Source: Gracilinanus agilis
Lineage: Eukaryota
Reading direction: 5' to 3'
DNA: 64,000 nt
Assembly (NCBI RefSeq): GCF_016433145.1
Contig: NC_058134.1
Location: 69,078,421 to 69,142,420, forward strand
In this document: in pieces, positions 26,201-39,789 of the stretch
How positions within the stretch are numbered: the stretch's first letter is position 1
How the letters are laid out: each line of letters opens with the position of its first letter
Notes under the pieces: generated by a model
The model's input: the letters and a program-made list of their open reading frames with translations, nothing else
Databases searched by the model: none
Told to the model about the DNA's origin: nothing
Made by a program: the position numbers and the translations under genes

Positions 26201-27419
26201 ATGAGAATGCCTTTTTAATTTTGAATAACAATGAATAGGTTACTATTTCCCTTGGATAAGAATTTAAAATATATGTTGATAATATGCCTGTCTGTCAAGT
26301 AATCTGATTACATGAATGTAGCATCTTTTGTAGCACATAAATTGTTTGGGTACAAATAAAAAAAAACTATACTCTTAAAAAAAGTTAGAATTCTGTGGAA
26401 CAATAGAATTTAAACATGCAATAGTTTTCTAAAAGGTACTAAAAAAAAGCCTAAATACTCTCCCTTTTTTTCCACTTTGAGATTTTGAAGGGGGGAAAAA
26501 CCCATATGTAATCCATATCATTGTAATGGCACATATGCAATAAATTAAAGAGTTTTTCTCATTAAAGGGGTGCTTTATACATCATCCACTAAACTGCTGG
26601 GTTAAGTGCTTACTTTTAATCACTTAATTTTTGAGTGAAAAATAATAAAGTTATTCATTTTGAAATATTGTTCTTAATGAACAAAAGTTCAACCACCACA
26701 TCTACCATAATAAAATATAAAGCACAGAAAAGCAAAATTGCCTGGTGATTACAATTGTCAATCTATTAAGAATTTTTTGGAGAAATTTAGGCAGTTTAAA
26801 GAAGAAAGTGTTTCTTACATCTAGGTCTATAATCCAATGAAAATGGTTAAAACAAGCAAAAGCACAGCAAATTGTTCAGTCTTGTTGCCCCTGGATTATT
26901 TGTCTTTGAAGTAAATTCACCAGATAACTGAGGGAATAGATGGACAGCAGACCTGGATCTAGTTCCTGGCTCTATAGTGAGCTTGAGATAGATTCCAAGC
27001 AATCTGTTGTAAGCTATTTGACCTACAAAATGAAGATAATAATGTCTACGATATGCCTCCAAAAGGGAATAGCAAAATGAATCATAGAATTAGTTAATAG
27101 CCAATTCTGAAGTACAACAAAGTATTCAAGTGAAAAGCACAGTGTAGGTTTAACATGTGATTGATTAAATAAGCTTCTTTCCCTTTTTTTTTTTAATGAA
27201 TATGACAAATCATTTAAGAACCTAACCCTACACAGGCTGGACAGAACAGAGGTTTTAAATTCGGAAAATGCAGTTGTCAAGATTCCCTTCTTAGGAAGGT
27301 AATACAAAACAACAGGGTGGGTGTATGGGATATTTAGGGCAGACTAGCATTTCTGGTATGAGGGCTTGCTGAGTCTTTCTAAGGGCTACTTTCTTCCTTT
27401 GGTGTCCAACTGCCAATCC

Positions 27420-27910
27420 AGCTCTTACTTGTGGCTCCAAGGAGCTGCTGCATACACAGTGGCTACAACCTAACAAACCATCTTGACAGGCAGGCTACAC
27501 TTGGTTAAGGATAAGGAACAGGACTCAAACCCATCAGCAGATGAAGGGAGTGCCTACCCTAGGCATGTGAAGACTTCCCCCAAGCGATTGGGAGGATGAG
27601 GACAATGGTCCAATAACCATGAAGGTGGCTGAAGCAGGCTCTGTGGAACCCTTAGAATCTAATCAGACATGGAAGATACTAAGGTCATCCACTGCATCCT
27701 GGGCCATCACCAGTCATCCTGACTTTTGTCTTGCCACTGGACTTGGGTAACTCTGCAAGAGAGAGTGAGGCTGACAACTGTGCAACTCTTCCCTCGCTTC
27801 AATCCAATTTATGGGTGAGTCAAAAGAGTCACCAGTGATGAATCAAAAGACACACCACAGATGTCATTTTGGTCCTCTTAGAGCAAGAAGGACAACAATC
27901 AAACAACCAA
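27420..27910 (+). mobile_element. Marsupial RTE-related short element; related copies at ~2700-3000(-) and 52570-53670(+, split by an LTR)
   Basis: The three loci share blocks such as gtggctccaag.agctg, catgtgaagactt, gtcatccactgca and gacttttgtcttgccact. Confidence 0.65.
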
Positions 27911-30900
27911 GAAGATGGAAAACTGTTTTAGAAGCGTAAAACACTCTGGTGTTTTTTATTTGTAATTCTTTGAAAATGTCATTTGTTCTAGATGATGCCT
28001 TCAATGATATGGGGAGGGGAAAAAGCAGCTGAGATATTTGGAAATAAATTCTATTAATAATTTTTTAAGAATGTGCCCTTTTGAGTTATAGAAGTTTAAA
28101 TATGAATATGTTTGCACACTCAGGTTAGTGATCAAGCACTTCCCCCCTCGCACACATATTTTTGTAGCTCACAAAATATTGGGTTATTTTAAATATATTC
28201 TAACAGAACTCAGTTTTTTCACTACTTGTACAGCCATGTGAAATAGAAGAAAATTGAGTATTTTATAGGTTTATTCATATTGGAGAAACAAAAGTTTTCT
28301 AGTCTCCTACACTTCATAAACGAAATCATCTTGACAGAAAATAAAAATGTGATAAGAGAACAGTAGTAATTTCCATTTAGGGTCCTCTATCAGCTACATT
28401 GTATGCATATATATTTGCATGCAGTCATTTTTTTTCACAAAGGTTGACACAAACTACAGATTTTTCTTGGTTACATAGAATGAACAGATCACAAATGTCA
28501 CATTATCTCTATCAATTTAAAGTCAAGTCAACAAACATTTGGTATGTCCTTTCTATGTGCCAGGTACTGTCCTAAGTGCTGGGAAAAGGAAATATGGTCC
28601 CTAGTCTCAAGAAGACAATACATAAAAGAAGGCTGAAAAGGGAGGGATGGCAGAGAAAGTCTGGAGAGTGAATCAAGAGGGAACTGTAGAGAGGAAGAAA
28701 AGTGTCAATATTGGTTGGCTTGGAGACTTTCCTCAAAATGAAATTTCTGGGAGGAAAATGACAAATCAGGAGAAAGGGCCTCGAGGGCAGAGCCAATTCC
28801 AGAGTGAGAAGGTCAAAGGGATGAAGTGAAGTTTCAAGGTAAGTTCGCTACTATGGCATAGCAGAGAAAATCCAAAGAGAATGTATCATAAAATAGAGTC
28901 CAGACACTAAATGATAACTCTAGTCCAACTATCAATAATATGGAATTAGGTCTTGATCAATAATACCTATAAAATCCAGTGGGATTGTGTGTCGGCTAAG
29001 GGGCTTGGGGGAGTTTGAGGGAGAGAGAAAGAACATGAAATATGTAACTGGGGGGAAATGTTCAAAATTTAAATTAATAATAATAATAATAATAAAAAAA
29101 TAGAGCCTAGAGAGGAATGAAGGCATGAATTGAAAGATCCTAAGTTGAGAGGACCTTGATTCAAAACCAGTCCCTATTTTTATTCCCAGTCCTGCCGGTG
29201 GCTATCTTTATGACCATTTGAAAAATAAAAATGCTGGACTAATTTGTCTCTTCTAAATCTATCATCCTATGATCTTTGATTATCAGCACAGGTTTATTCT
29301 ACAAAGACTTCATAATTTTATTCTTCATTTTCTAATTTTCCTGGCCACTTATTTTCTGTCCTTTATTACTTTAACTTTTTATTATGTTAAATAAATAAAC
29401 TAGTAGCACAGAATTAAAAATAAAATGTTAATGCATATATAAGGCTGGTTAATGGAGTTCATCAATCAATTTGATGAGCTGACAGGCTGGTGAATCTGTA
29501 GGACTTAGATTGTATCTTCCTGTGGATACTAGACAATCTCACTGAGAGGACAGAGAACATCTACTAGGGCAGCTAGGTGGTGCCATGATGTATGATACAG
29601 AGTGTCAGGCTTAGAGTCAGGAAAAGGCTCATCTTCCTAAGTTCAAATCTGGCTTCAAACCCTTTCTAGCTATGTGACCCTGGGCAAGTCACTCAACCCT
29701 GTTTGCCTTAGTTTCCTCATCCATAAAATGAGCTGGAAAAGGAAATGGCAAGCCATTCCATTCCAGTATCTTTGCCAAGAAAACCCCAAATGAGTTCATG
29801 AAGAGTCAAACACAATCGAATAACAACACTGAGATATAATTACTGACACCTCTTTATAGACAATATTTCCCTAAGTCTTATTGACTGAGGAGAGATGGAT
29901 TGGTTTAGGATATTGTAAACTGAGAGATAATAAATTAAGTCCCTCTGGTTACTGTTTATCAGAGCCACTTCTATGTTCTAGGAATAAAATGTTGCGTGTT
30001 AATTGCAGCAGCATCATTTTTTAATAACTCTTGAAAGAATTGAGCAATTTATTTTTCTTTCTTGAGAGAAATATAATCCATGGGATAGTGCTATGAATGT
30101 GGAGTATGACACAGGTAGGTCATTGGATGAAAGGCAAGACTTGTCAGTGTGGGAAAGGTAATTATATCAGCTATTTATAGCCTACTGTAAATCTTTTATG
30201 AACTTGAGCATTTTTATTTTTTGGACAAGACTGGTAATTTTTTTTGTATAGTGAGCTCCAAGCAAAAAAAACTACCTTGACTAATAATGTATATCAAAAC
30301 TGACAGTGTAACTTATAGTCTGAGAGGGTTGTCTAGGTCCCTGAGGTGTGAATTGGCTTTTTCAGAATCCCTCAGCCATCATGTGTCAAAAGGAGTGAAA
30401 TAATGGCTGTCCTATACATGATCTGCATTGTCACCCTGAATATCTATATTGGAGCAAGATCCTTTCTACCCACAACAGAACTCTTCATGTCATCAAGAGT
30501 ATTTAATAGGAAAACATATTTATGGCAGAGCGTTAATTATATTGCGGTTGGTCTGGGACAAGTGATGTTGAAATCTTGTTTAGAAAATTGTTTAAGTACA
30601 AACCATATAGACTAATGCTTAGCAATAATTTCCAGTCACCACATATTTATAATTTCTAAATTTATTTTTTAACTACTAGAGATAGGAAAGGGAAGTCATT
30701 TCAGTATAACTACTAATGAAATCGGAGTTTGTCGTAGGGAAGTTTAGAAGCAACAGATTTTTTTCTGAAAGTAATAGTCTAAACTAGCATAATGAAGAGG
30801 AGAAAATAGCAAAGAAAATAGAGAAATCGTAGTAGCTTAGATTAGTAGAATAGAAGAAATATGGAACCTATGATTTCATAAGTATAGGGAAGTTCTTGGT

Positions 30901-31401
30901 GAGGAAGATCCCTTTTATCACTTTATTTTAGCATATTCTCTGTCACATATATCTAAGAACAAAGGTTCTTATTCTTAATCTGCCTGGCAAAGTCTATGGA
31001 CCTCTTTTCAGGAAAAAAAAAAGTTTCCCCTCTAAATGCGTACTTGAAGGAAATGTTAAGTTTTAGTTAGATGTTAGTAAAAATAAATAGCTAATTTTTC
31101 CCATTCAAGTTTATATGTTACCTGAAATATATCCAAAGACCTCTTGAGTGTCCTTGGACTCTAGAGAAAGAATCTGTCTTAGAAAGTAGCTCACTAGGTT
31201 AAATGACTTGCCCAAAGCCACGTTCCCAGTATCTGTCAGAGATAGGAATTGAACCTGTCTATTCCTGTCTCTGAGGCTGGCTCTCTATCCACTCTGCCAT
31301 AGCTGTTTCTCTAGTTATGGTATATTAACTATACCCTGAGATATGGATTGTAATTGGAAGGAGAAAGAAGCATGTGGATTGACAAATAAAAGCAAAATAC
31401 C

Positions 31402-31980
31402 TGTACCTATGGTAGCATGGAAAGCTTTAGCTATGGAAATCATCTTCCTGTAATGCAGGATTTATGCAAGATCTCTTGCATTTGCAAAATTACTCTAGGC
31501 ATTCCTGTCAGTTAGGAGAATGGAACTCTGGCCCAGCAGGTACTAGTCCCAGGAGCTGACAGTTTGAGCTGGGACTATAAAAACCCCTGCAGAACCAACC
31601 TGGGGGTTCTGATTTCCTTGACCTCACCCAGACGCCCAGCTACCCTTGACTTCCCCTTGGGGACCCCAGGAGGTTGAATGGAGGTGGATCGTGGGCAGGA
31701 TTTAGATTAGGGCAGCCTAGCAACAGGGACACCCCCAAACCAATTCATAAACTATATCTGTCCAGCTGGTAGACCAACAACATCAGGGCAATGTTAAACT
31801 ATCTCTGGCTGAGGGCTGGTTCCCTCAGCCTGGCCTTACCTTCTAGGTCCATTGCCAACACTTGTCAGTCGCTCCTAGCAACAGCCTCTCAAGAGCCCCA
31901 CACCCTCTTACCTCAGTTTCCCTTCCATGTTAAAATAAACTCTTAGCCTGAAACTGTGAGCTTCTGTAGTAATTGTAACA
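31402..31980 (+). mobile_element. ERV solo LTR, antisense to ODAD2
   Basis: GACTATAAAAA at ~31573, AATAAA at ~31935, ends TGTAACA at 31980. The 5' TG could be at 31402 or 31449. Confidence 0.78.
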
Positions 31981-32417
31981 TCATCTTGGGCTAAAGGGAC
32001 TGAGAAGAGGGGAGAATAGCAACCACTTGACTCTAAAGGAAGTACTGGACAAGCATCTATTTTATTCAGGAAGTGTGTGTGCTTCACTTCCTATTGAGTT
32101 CTGCTTTCACTCCAGCAGGGAGGAGCCCCTCACTCTCCATCTTAAAGGAGCCTATAGGTAGCAGGGAGACCGACTGGGCATCACAGCTCAGGCTACACAT
32201 CCCTGACAGTCTCAAATCACCTGCTACTGAAGTTACTAGAACTTTGTATGACTATTACAAATGGTGTGCCATAACTCTGGCCAGTAATTTCAGTGACTGT
32301 GCCCCTTCTGTGTTTGATATTCATTGGCAAGAAGATTTGTGATGAGGGCAACAAATCAAATGAAATTGGGTATTTCAAAAATGATCTCTGCCTCTTCTTT
32401 TAAGAATATAAAGTCAT

Positions 32418-32695
32418 NNNNNNNNNNNNNNNNNNNNNNNNNNNNNNNNNNNNNNNNNNNNNNNNNNNNNNNNNNNNNNNNNNNNNNNNNNNNNNNNNNN
32501 NNNNNNNNNNNNNNNNNNNNNNNNNNNNNNNNNNNNNNNNNNNNNNNNNNNNNNNNNNNNNNNNNNNNNNNNNNNNNNNNNNNNNNNNNNNNNNNNNNNN
32601 NNNNNNNNNNNNNNNNNNNNNNNNNNNNNNNNNNNNNNNNNNNNNNNNNNNNNNNNNNNNNNNNNNNNNNNNNNNNNNNNNNNNNNNNNNNNNNN
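32418..32695. other. Assembly gap (278 N), followed by a GGAAG-type polypurine tract to ~32800
   Basis: Run of n abutting low-complexity G/A sequence. Confidence 1.
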
Positions 32696-34268
32696 AAGGA
32701 GGGGGAAAGGAAGGAAAGAGAAGGGAAGGGATGGGAAGGGACAAGGGATGGGAAGGGGGAAGGGAAGGGGGAAAGGAAGGAAAGGGAAGGGAAGGGACTA
32801 CACAACAATATTATAAAGAAAAAACTCTGACTTAGGAACTCTGATTAACACAATAACTAATCAAAGGACTTGTGCTCTATGCTTTAAAAACCCCACAAAA
32901 CTCTCCTGTTACAATTTTTAAATTATTCCCAAAATCCAGATCATTAAAGGAACATACATACTCAATTTAAAAGTTAAGATTTATATATTTCAGAACCAAA
33001 TATTTGAATGCTAATTCCCTTTGCTTAGCTGCCAAGAACTGAGCTCATAGGTCTATGTAAATAATATACTATTTATATGAACTATTTAGGTAATGATATG
33101 AGCTCATCAATTTTTTAAACAATACTATTTCTCTACTTGGTGGTTTTTCTACTAGCAGGTGGGAATCTGGTAAGATCAAAATTAATGTTTATTTGGCATG
33201 AGACTTTTTCTGATCCCCCAAGTGCTCCTGCTTTCCTGACCCCAGCCCTAATACTACAATTACCTCGTATTTTTATACTATATTTTACATAGACTTATTA
33301 AATGTTTTCAGTTGACAAGTATTTCTTTTCTCTCCCTTTCATTTTCCCCTGGAAAAAAAAAGGCAGGCACATAGTAAAGCAAATTAAATCCCTACATATT
33401 ATCACCCAGAAATTAATATAATTTCCTTAGGTGCAAGAATTGTTTAATTTTTGTCTTTGAATGTCTAGCACTTAGTATATGCATGACACATGGTAGGTGC
33501 TTAACAAATGGTTGTTAATTATTTGATTGGGTGTAAAATCAGTCACAAATGCAGTCATTCTGAAGTCATCCCCTATTTGATTCTCACTTGACTTTGGGGA
33601 AAGATGTGCTACAGAAGAGGGCAGTGTGCTCTAAAGAGCATGGACTCTAATCTCATCTCCTCTTAATGAGTGTGTGGCAACAACTGCCTTACTAGAATCA
33701 TGGGTCAATGAAAAAGCTTAGGGAGAAACTGAAGCAGCACTCTTAACCCCTTCATGATCGTGTAACCCAAACAAAATGTCTTTGCCCTTTTATGACAGAT
33801 GGTGACTTGTGTTATAAAAACAGTGCTGGGTTTGAATCCTAGGTTGGTGGCGCCTGGCTCACCAGTACTGTTCTGCTTTGGTGTGTTCACAAACCCCTTT
33901 TTAACTTTCTCTTTTTTAGTCTTGCCTCTTTAATTGGGGTGAAAGTCTGAACATAGGAGCTTCCTTTTAACGATCTGGAAAAACAGGCAGGAAACGTTTT
34001 TGAGGATTCCTCACCTATGAGAGAGCCTGTTCCACCTCTACAGCTGGCATTGGCATGGGGCCTTTGCCTGATGGTGGGTCAGAGGGGGCTCCCCTGGCAG
34101 CTAGTTAGCTGGAGGAGTTAACACTCCAAAACCCAGAAAGGATAAAGAGAAGTAAATCCCAAATCCAAACTGATTCTTTCTCATCTGTGCATGAAGAAAA
34201 GGAGGAAAAGGATGGGGGGAAAGGGTACTATATATAGTTAGGTTGCCCAGAAACAGAAAGGTTAAGAG

Positions 34269-34474
34269 CAGGGGTCGGCAACATATAGCTCTCAAGGCAT
34301 ATCTGGCTCCTTTGAGGGCCAGATATGGCTCTTTCTGCAGGAGCCATAAAGTCCATTTTTTTCAGGCACTGTTACAGGAGTGCGCACTGTGAGCACTGTA
34401 CGGCTCTCACGAAATTACATTTTAAAAAATGCAGCATTTATGGCTCTCATGGCCAAAAAGGTTGCCAACCCCTG
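34269..34474. mobile_element. hAT (Charlie-type) MITE, OposCharlie-like
   Basis: TIRs CAGGGGTCGGCAAC / GTTGCCAACCCCTG. 8-bp TSD gttaagag / gttaaggg (7/8). Confidence 0.88.
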
Positions 34475-37400
34475 GTTAAGGGGGTACTGGTACCAATAAG
34501 AAGTCAGCACAGAGTAAGCCCCCTGCTAACTCCCCATTAGATGTCCTATTAAAAAGCTTGGAAAAGGAGGGGAAATTGCCAGTCCAACAGGAATATCTAG
34601 CACTATAGAAGAAACTCAGTAATCATGGTTTATAATTATGAGAAACAAATTGGCTGGATAAATATGGGACTTTGATTATCAGCCATGCACATTAAACCAA
34701 ACTTGAAAAACCTAGAGCCTAAAATGGAAAAAAAATGTAGTGAGACAACACAGGGAGCTTAGAAGGGTGGGAAAGGCTAGTGAAGCCTCAGAACAGTTCT
34801 CTGAGCTTTCAGTGATATTAAACAATGATTCTCGGTGACTTCTGATTGGGCATTCAGTGGGAGATACAAAGGAAAAACTTAGAGATTATATCTTCCTCTC
34901 TGCCTTCACACAACACTGACCAGGTTGGAGATTGCTGAGATAAAGACAGAGAAGAAAAGGAAGGAAATTTTTTTCCTGGTTGGTAGACATTTATGGCATT
35001 ATAAACCAGAGACTAAAATTTGTAACTGAAACATAATATCTTTGCTGAAATTTTCCAAATTATGATTTAAAGATTTCTGTCACTGCTAAAACATCTTGGA
35101 TTTTTTTGGAGGTTTGACTAGCATGTGACTGACGAATAAGATGGGATGGATTTAAGAAAATAGTGAAGGTAAAGATAAATGAAGAATCAATGTAAAAATG
35201 AAAGGATAGTTTCAAATTTGATTAGGTTTTAATCAATTAGCTCCATCCAGGTACAATGGATAGAGTAACAGACCTTGAGTCAGGAAGATCAAATCTAGTC
35301 TCAGACACTTATTAGCTATGTGACCTTTGGAAAGTCACTTAACCCTATTTGCCTTGGTTTCTGCATCTTTGAAATGAGCTGGAGAAGAAAGTGATAAACC
35401 ACTCTAGTATCTTTGCAAACAAAACCTCAAATTGGGCATATTGAGTCAGACATGATTGAAACAACTGAATAACAACAACAAAGGCTTTAATCAAAGTCCA
35501 CTGGAGAGATATAAAAAGAAAAAGAAGAGTGAAAGAAGGGATGAGTAGAGAATGGTAAGAAGCTAAAGAAAGTTGAAGTCTGGTTACCCTGAGAGAATAA
35601 ATGGAGGATTTGAAAATAAAAGATTTGGAGTTTGGGAAAAAAGCTTGAGAAGATTTTAATTCCACTGAAGATTTGAGAAACTTTTAGAGAAATGCCACTT
35701 AGCAATTTCAGTATTTTATCAAGTTATTACATTGATCAACTGGAAACTCTTAGAAGTAAATTTGGAGTATGAAATTATTTGAGTAGCATAATAACACTCT
35801 GTCCTTAAAGACCAGTGAGAACACTGATTTCTAATACTCTATTATTTCAGTTTCTAAGTAATGTTTTGTATAATTGAGTTTCGGTCTATACTTCAAGCCT
35901 CTTTCTTCATTCCTTTGTCCTGACATTCTCTTATATTCACTGTTCCATAGCATCTTTTAAATTGGGACAAAGGTTGTGAGCTCCATCTTGTTTGCTATAA
36001 TAAGAACTGGCTCAAGCCAAGTACTTCTGCAGGCAACAGGACAGCATTCTTGGGTCCCCCAATGATATGAGCTATGGAGGTAAAAATGTAACCGGACCTA
36101 ACTGTTCTTTCCATCTAGATCACCAAAGGCAGAATCTTATGACCAGGCATAACTCCCATCACCACCATGAAGGAATCAAGAAGGGACTGTAAAAAAAAAA
36201 AAAGTATTTCATTCTCCTCATTAGGTATTCACCAATTAAAGACATCTAGGGGAGAACTAAATAATGACCTTCCAAAATTGTATTTAATGACTCAGGATGC
36301 TAAATGTCTTTGTCTTTGATCACCAAGAGAGACTATTGACCAATTAATTTAATGGCTAATTGCTAGGCTGATCAATAAATTTATTTTTCCTACCCAGAAC
36401 CCAGACTTTCAGAATTTTTCATTGTCGCACCATTCAAAGAGCATATTGAAATTCTTATAACCTCATGACCTCCAAAGGAGAGAGGATAGGAATGCTACCT
36501 TCCATGTGAATCCTCTCCTTATTCTTCACCTTGGGCTTCCCAGGATTAAAACTGAAAACTCTTGGGAAAAGGTGAGACATGCACTTACTATCCTCTTAAA
36601 GTACGTAGGTAAGGAAAGGATAAGAACACAAAGGAACTGATTTGTCTTAATGGGTTATTTTAAAGGAATCAAAAATATTATGGGAAGGTGAGAATGTCAC
36701 AATTGTCTTTGAATGTGAGTTAACTGAAAGCAATGGGCTCTGAAATTTGAGATGTTGGAACCTCATGGTCCTTAGAAAAACTGAGATTTTGAACATTACC
36801 ATTAGCGATTATAAACCCAGATTTGATTAGTCAAAATTTGTTTTGAAACAAAATTGTGTGGTTCCATTTAAAGTAAGATGCATTCTCCTATTAGTATAGA
36901 TGAGGTAAATCAGAACTTACATTTGCTATTTGGCATTAAAGCAATATGCTAGAGAAATGCATGGATCAGGAAAACCTGACTTCAAATCTGGTCTCAGAAA
37001 TTCATTAGTTGTGTGATCTTAAGCCCGTTACTTAACCTCTGTTCACTGCAATTTCCTAATTGATAAAGGTGATAATAATAGCACCCATCCATCTCCCAAG
37101 GTTGTTTGAGGATCAAATGATATACAATGCCTGGAACATGGTAGGCAGTATATAAATGTTAATAAATATGCTCTATATTGTTCTTGAATGAAACCAGTTT
37201 ATAATGCTAAAAAGCAATAAATTGAATGATGTAAGATCATTTGGAAATATATTCAACTGAATTGATATCATCTGACTTGAATAAGTTTGTTTCCTATTTT
37301 AAATACATGATATTAATATGTTATTGTGCTTTTAAACTTTTGCTTATATTCTGAAAGTTAGGATACTAGTGTATCAGAAAGGTGAGAAAAGTAACTTGAG

Positions 37401-38508
37401 CTATTAAAAGGATGTGGACAAAATGTTTGAAAACCGTTAAATATTTAATGAGATTTTGTCCTAAAATGGATAAATTATTTGACTTCCACTTATAAAAATT
37501 ATGAAATTATATCTGTTAATAAATAGCATATATCGAAGTTACATCTTTGAGCCAGCTTAGCACCAAAAGATCTTGGATTCAGAGTTATCAATTTTGCCTT
37601 AAGGGTTAATAGGCAATACAGATTGGAGGCTTACAATGACCAGAATCTTTCTGGGGTCTTGTGTGAAATATCATATATTCACCATATATGTGCAGTTCCA
37701 GAATATGATTATTACTAATTTATAAATGTTGTATAAATATCCTTGTATTTGTCAATTATTAATTTTTGAAATAATAATAATTATAACAATGATAATAATG
37801 ATGAAAACTTTTTTGAAATAATAATGATAATAACCACCTAGACCTAACCTATGATTGGGAAACACAGTGAACAGAGCATAGAGACAGGAAAATCTGAATT
37901 CAAATTCAATCTCAGACACTTACTAGGCAAGTCACTTAACTCTGTTTGCCTCAATTTCCTCATATATATAATGAGATAGAGAAGGAAATAGTGAACTACT
38001 CCAATATATTTACCAAGAAAACTCCAGATGGGGTCACAAAGAGTCAGACATAAGTGAAATGACTAAACAATAACCTGTGATTAGTGAAATTTTGGTATTT
38101 GAGGTAAAATCTCATGATACCATAATTTGATAATATTCTGAGTCCTGATTTCAGGTGGGATCATTACTAAGTCAATAATCCATCATTCAAGAGGAATGCC
38201 ATGTGCTCTCTAAAGGCAATGTGATCTGAGAAATGCTACAGGTAGAGATCTATCCCCGAGAAACTTTGAGAGGACAACCTTGCAAAGGTAGGATCCTCTT
38301 GACTTATTTTCCCATTGTGCTATTTCCTTTCTGAACTGGAAATTTTCCCACCTGGTTAACTGTGAGCCTGACTTTTGATACCCTATGAATAATGTGGAAC
38401 TTTGCTACAAGATTGGCTTTCAAATACGACTCATGACTGTAACCAAAGAGAGCCAAGGGATATTAAGAGTTGTGTCAAAATAATCTGTGCCTTTGAAGGA
38501 ACAATCTT

Positions 38509-38692
38509 TTTTTTTAAACCCTTCTACTTCGGTGTATTGTCTCATAGGTGGAAGATTGGTAAGGGTGGGCAATGGGGGTCAAGTGACTTGCCCAGGGTCA
38601 CACAGCTGGGAAGTGGCTGAGGCCAGGTTTGAACCTAGGACCTCCTGTCTCTAGGCCTGGCTCTCACTCCACTGAGCTACCCAGCTGCCCCC
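38509..38692 (-). mobile_element. Young SINE1_Mdo-type SINE
   Basis: Near-identical to the 5489 and 8809 copies. TSD ggaacaatctt (38498-38508 / 38695-38705). Confidence 0.92.
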
Positions 38693-39789
38693 ATGGAACA
38701 ATCTTGATATTATTATAAGCATAAGATCCAATCTACATTTAAGATATGTTGAATAAATTGAAACCTGAAAGAATTGCATTCATTTTTCTGTCGTCTTCAT
38801 AATAGATAAAAAGAGATGTTAGTTTTTTTTCCTTTCCATGACATATCTTTAAACATTCCATTGTGCTTCTGTGTAAAGAATCTATAAGTGTTCAAAGAAA
38901 CAAAGAGAAAGGAAGGAAGAGACAGGACAGAGATAAAGGGAGAGAAGTGAAATCCATATACTTTTGCAGGAAATTTCTCAGTACTCTGACTGTTACCATT
39001 TCTGAAACCTGAGAGTCCACTCTTAGGATCTCTTCTTTTCAGCAACATGTAGTCAAATGTAACTCTGCCATGTGCTTCTGAAGTTGCTGCCATTTCTTTA
39101 GTTTAGAAAGGACATTCTAAGGGACTCTTGTCCATTCAGAAGCTGGGGGCAAGAAATCCTCTCCCTAATTCTTGTTGCTCTCCAGAAGAAAAGCTAAATG
39201 GAATCCAGAAGAGAATAAAGCAATTATTTCAGATCACTTTCATAAATCAGGGAGAAAAGTGGGGCTAGAAGAAAGGATGAAAAGGATAGTTTCAGTGAAA
39301 TCTGGGAAGACAGTATATGAACTGATATAAATTGAAGTAGAGTAGAATAAGGAGATTGGTTTAAACATCATCAACAACACTAGAAACATAAGTAGCCTGG
39401 AAAAGTCTTAATAATCCTAATCTACTCAATGTCCAAATATGATTCCAGAAAACAGATGATGAAAGCATGCTACCTAACCCCTGATATAAGGTGATAGTCT
39501 CAGGGTTCTGACCCAGACATACATTTTGGCCAAATTCAAGAACGTAGTCTGACTTACTTGAATAGTTCTTACATTTCCCCCACTTTTTTAATGGGGAGAA
39601 GTGGAGAAGAGAGAAAATAAGTGCTTTTAATTGAAAATTAAATACAAAGCTTCCTGAATACCAGTCAGACAATCATTAGGAACGCCCCATGTTCTCTCAA
39701 CAAAGTATGAATGAGGATGCCCATACACCAAGGGAACCTGCCTCTCAAAAGGCTACAAAATGAAAACCTATGCCCTACTGAGTGGGAAA

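Noticed and set aside
32324-32830. ORFs of 114-168 aa; similar ORFs at 70-277, 10277-10585 and 58149-58545
   Set aside because: Artefacts of translating through N gaps and low-complexity purine tracts.
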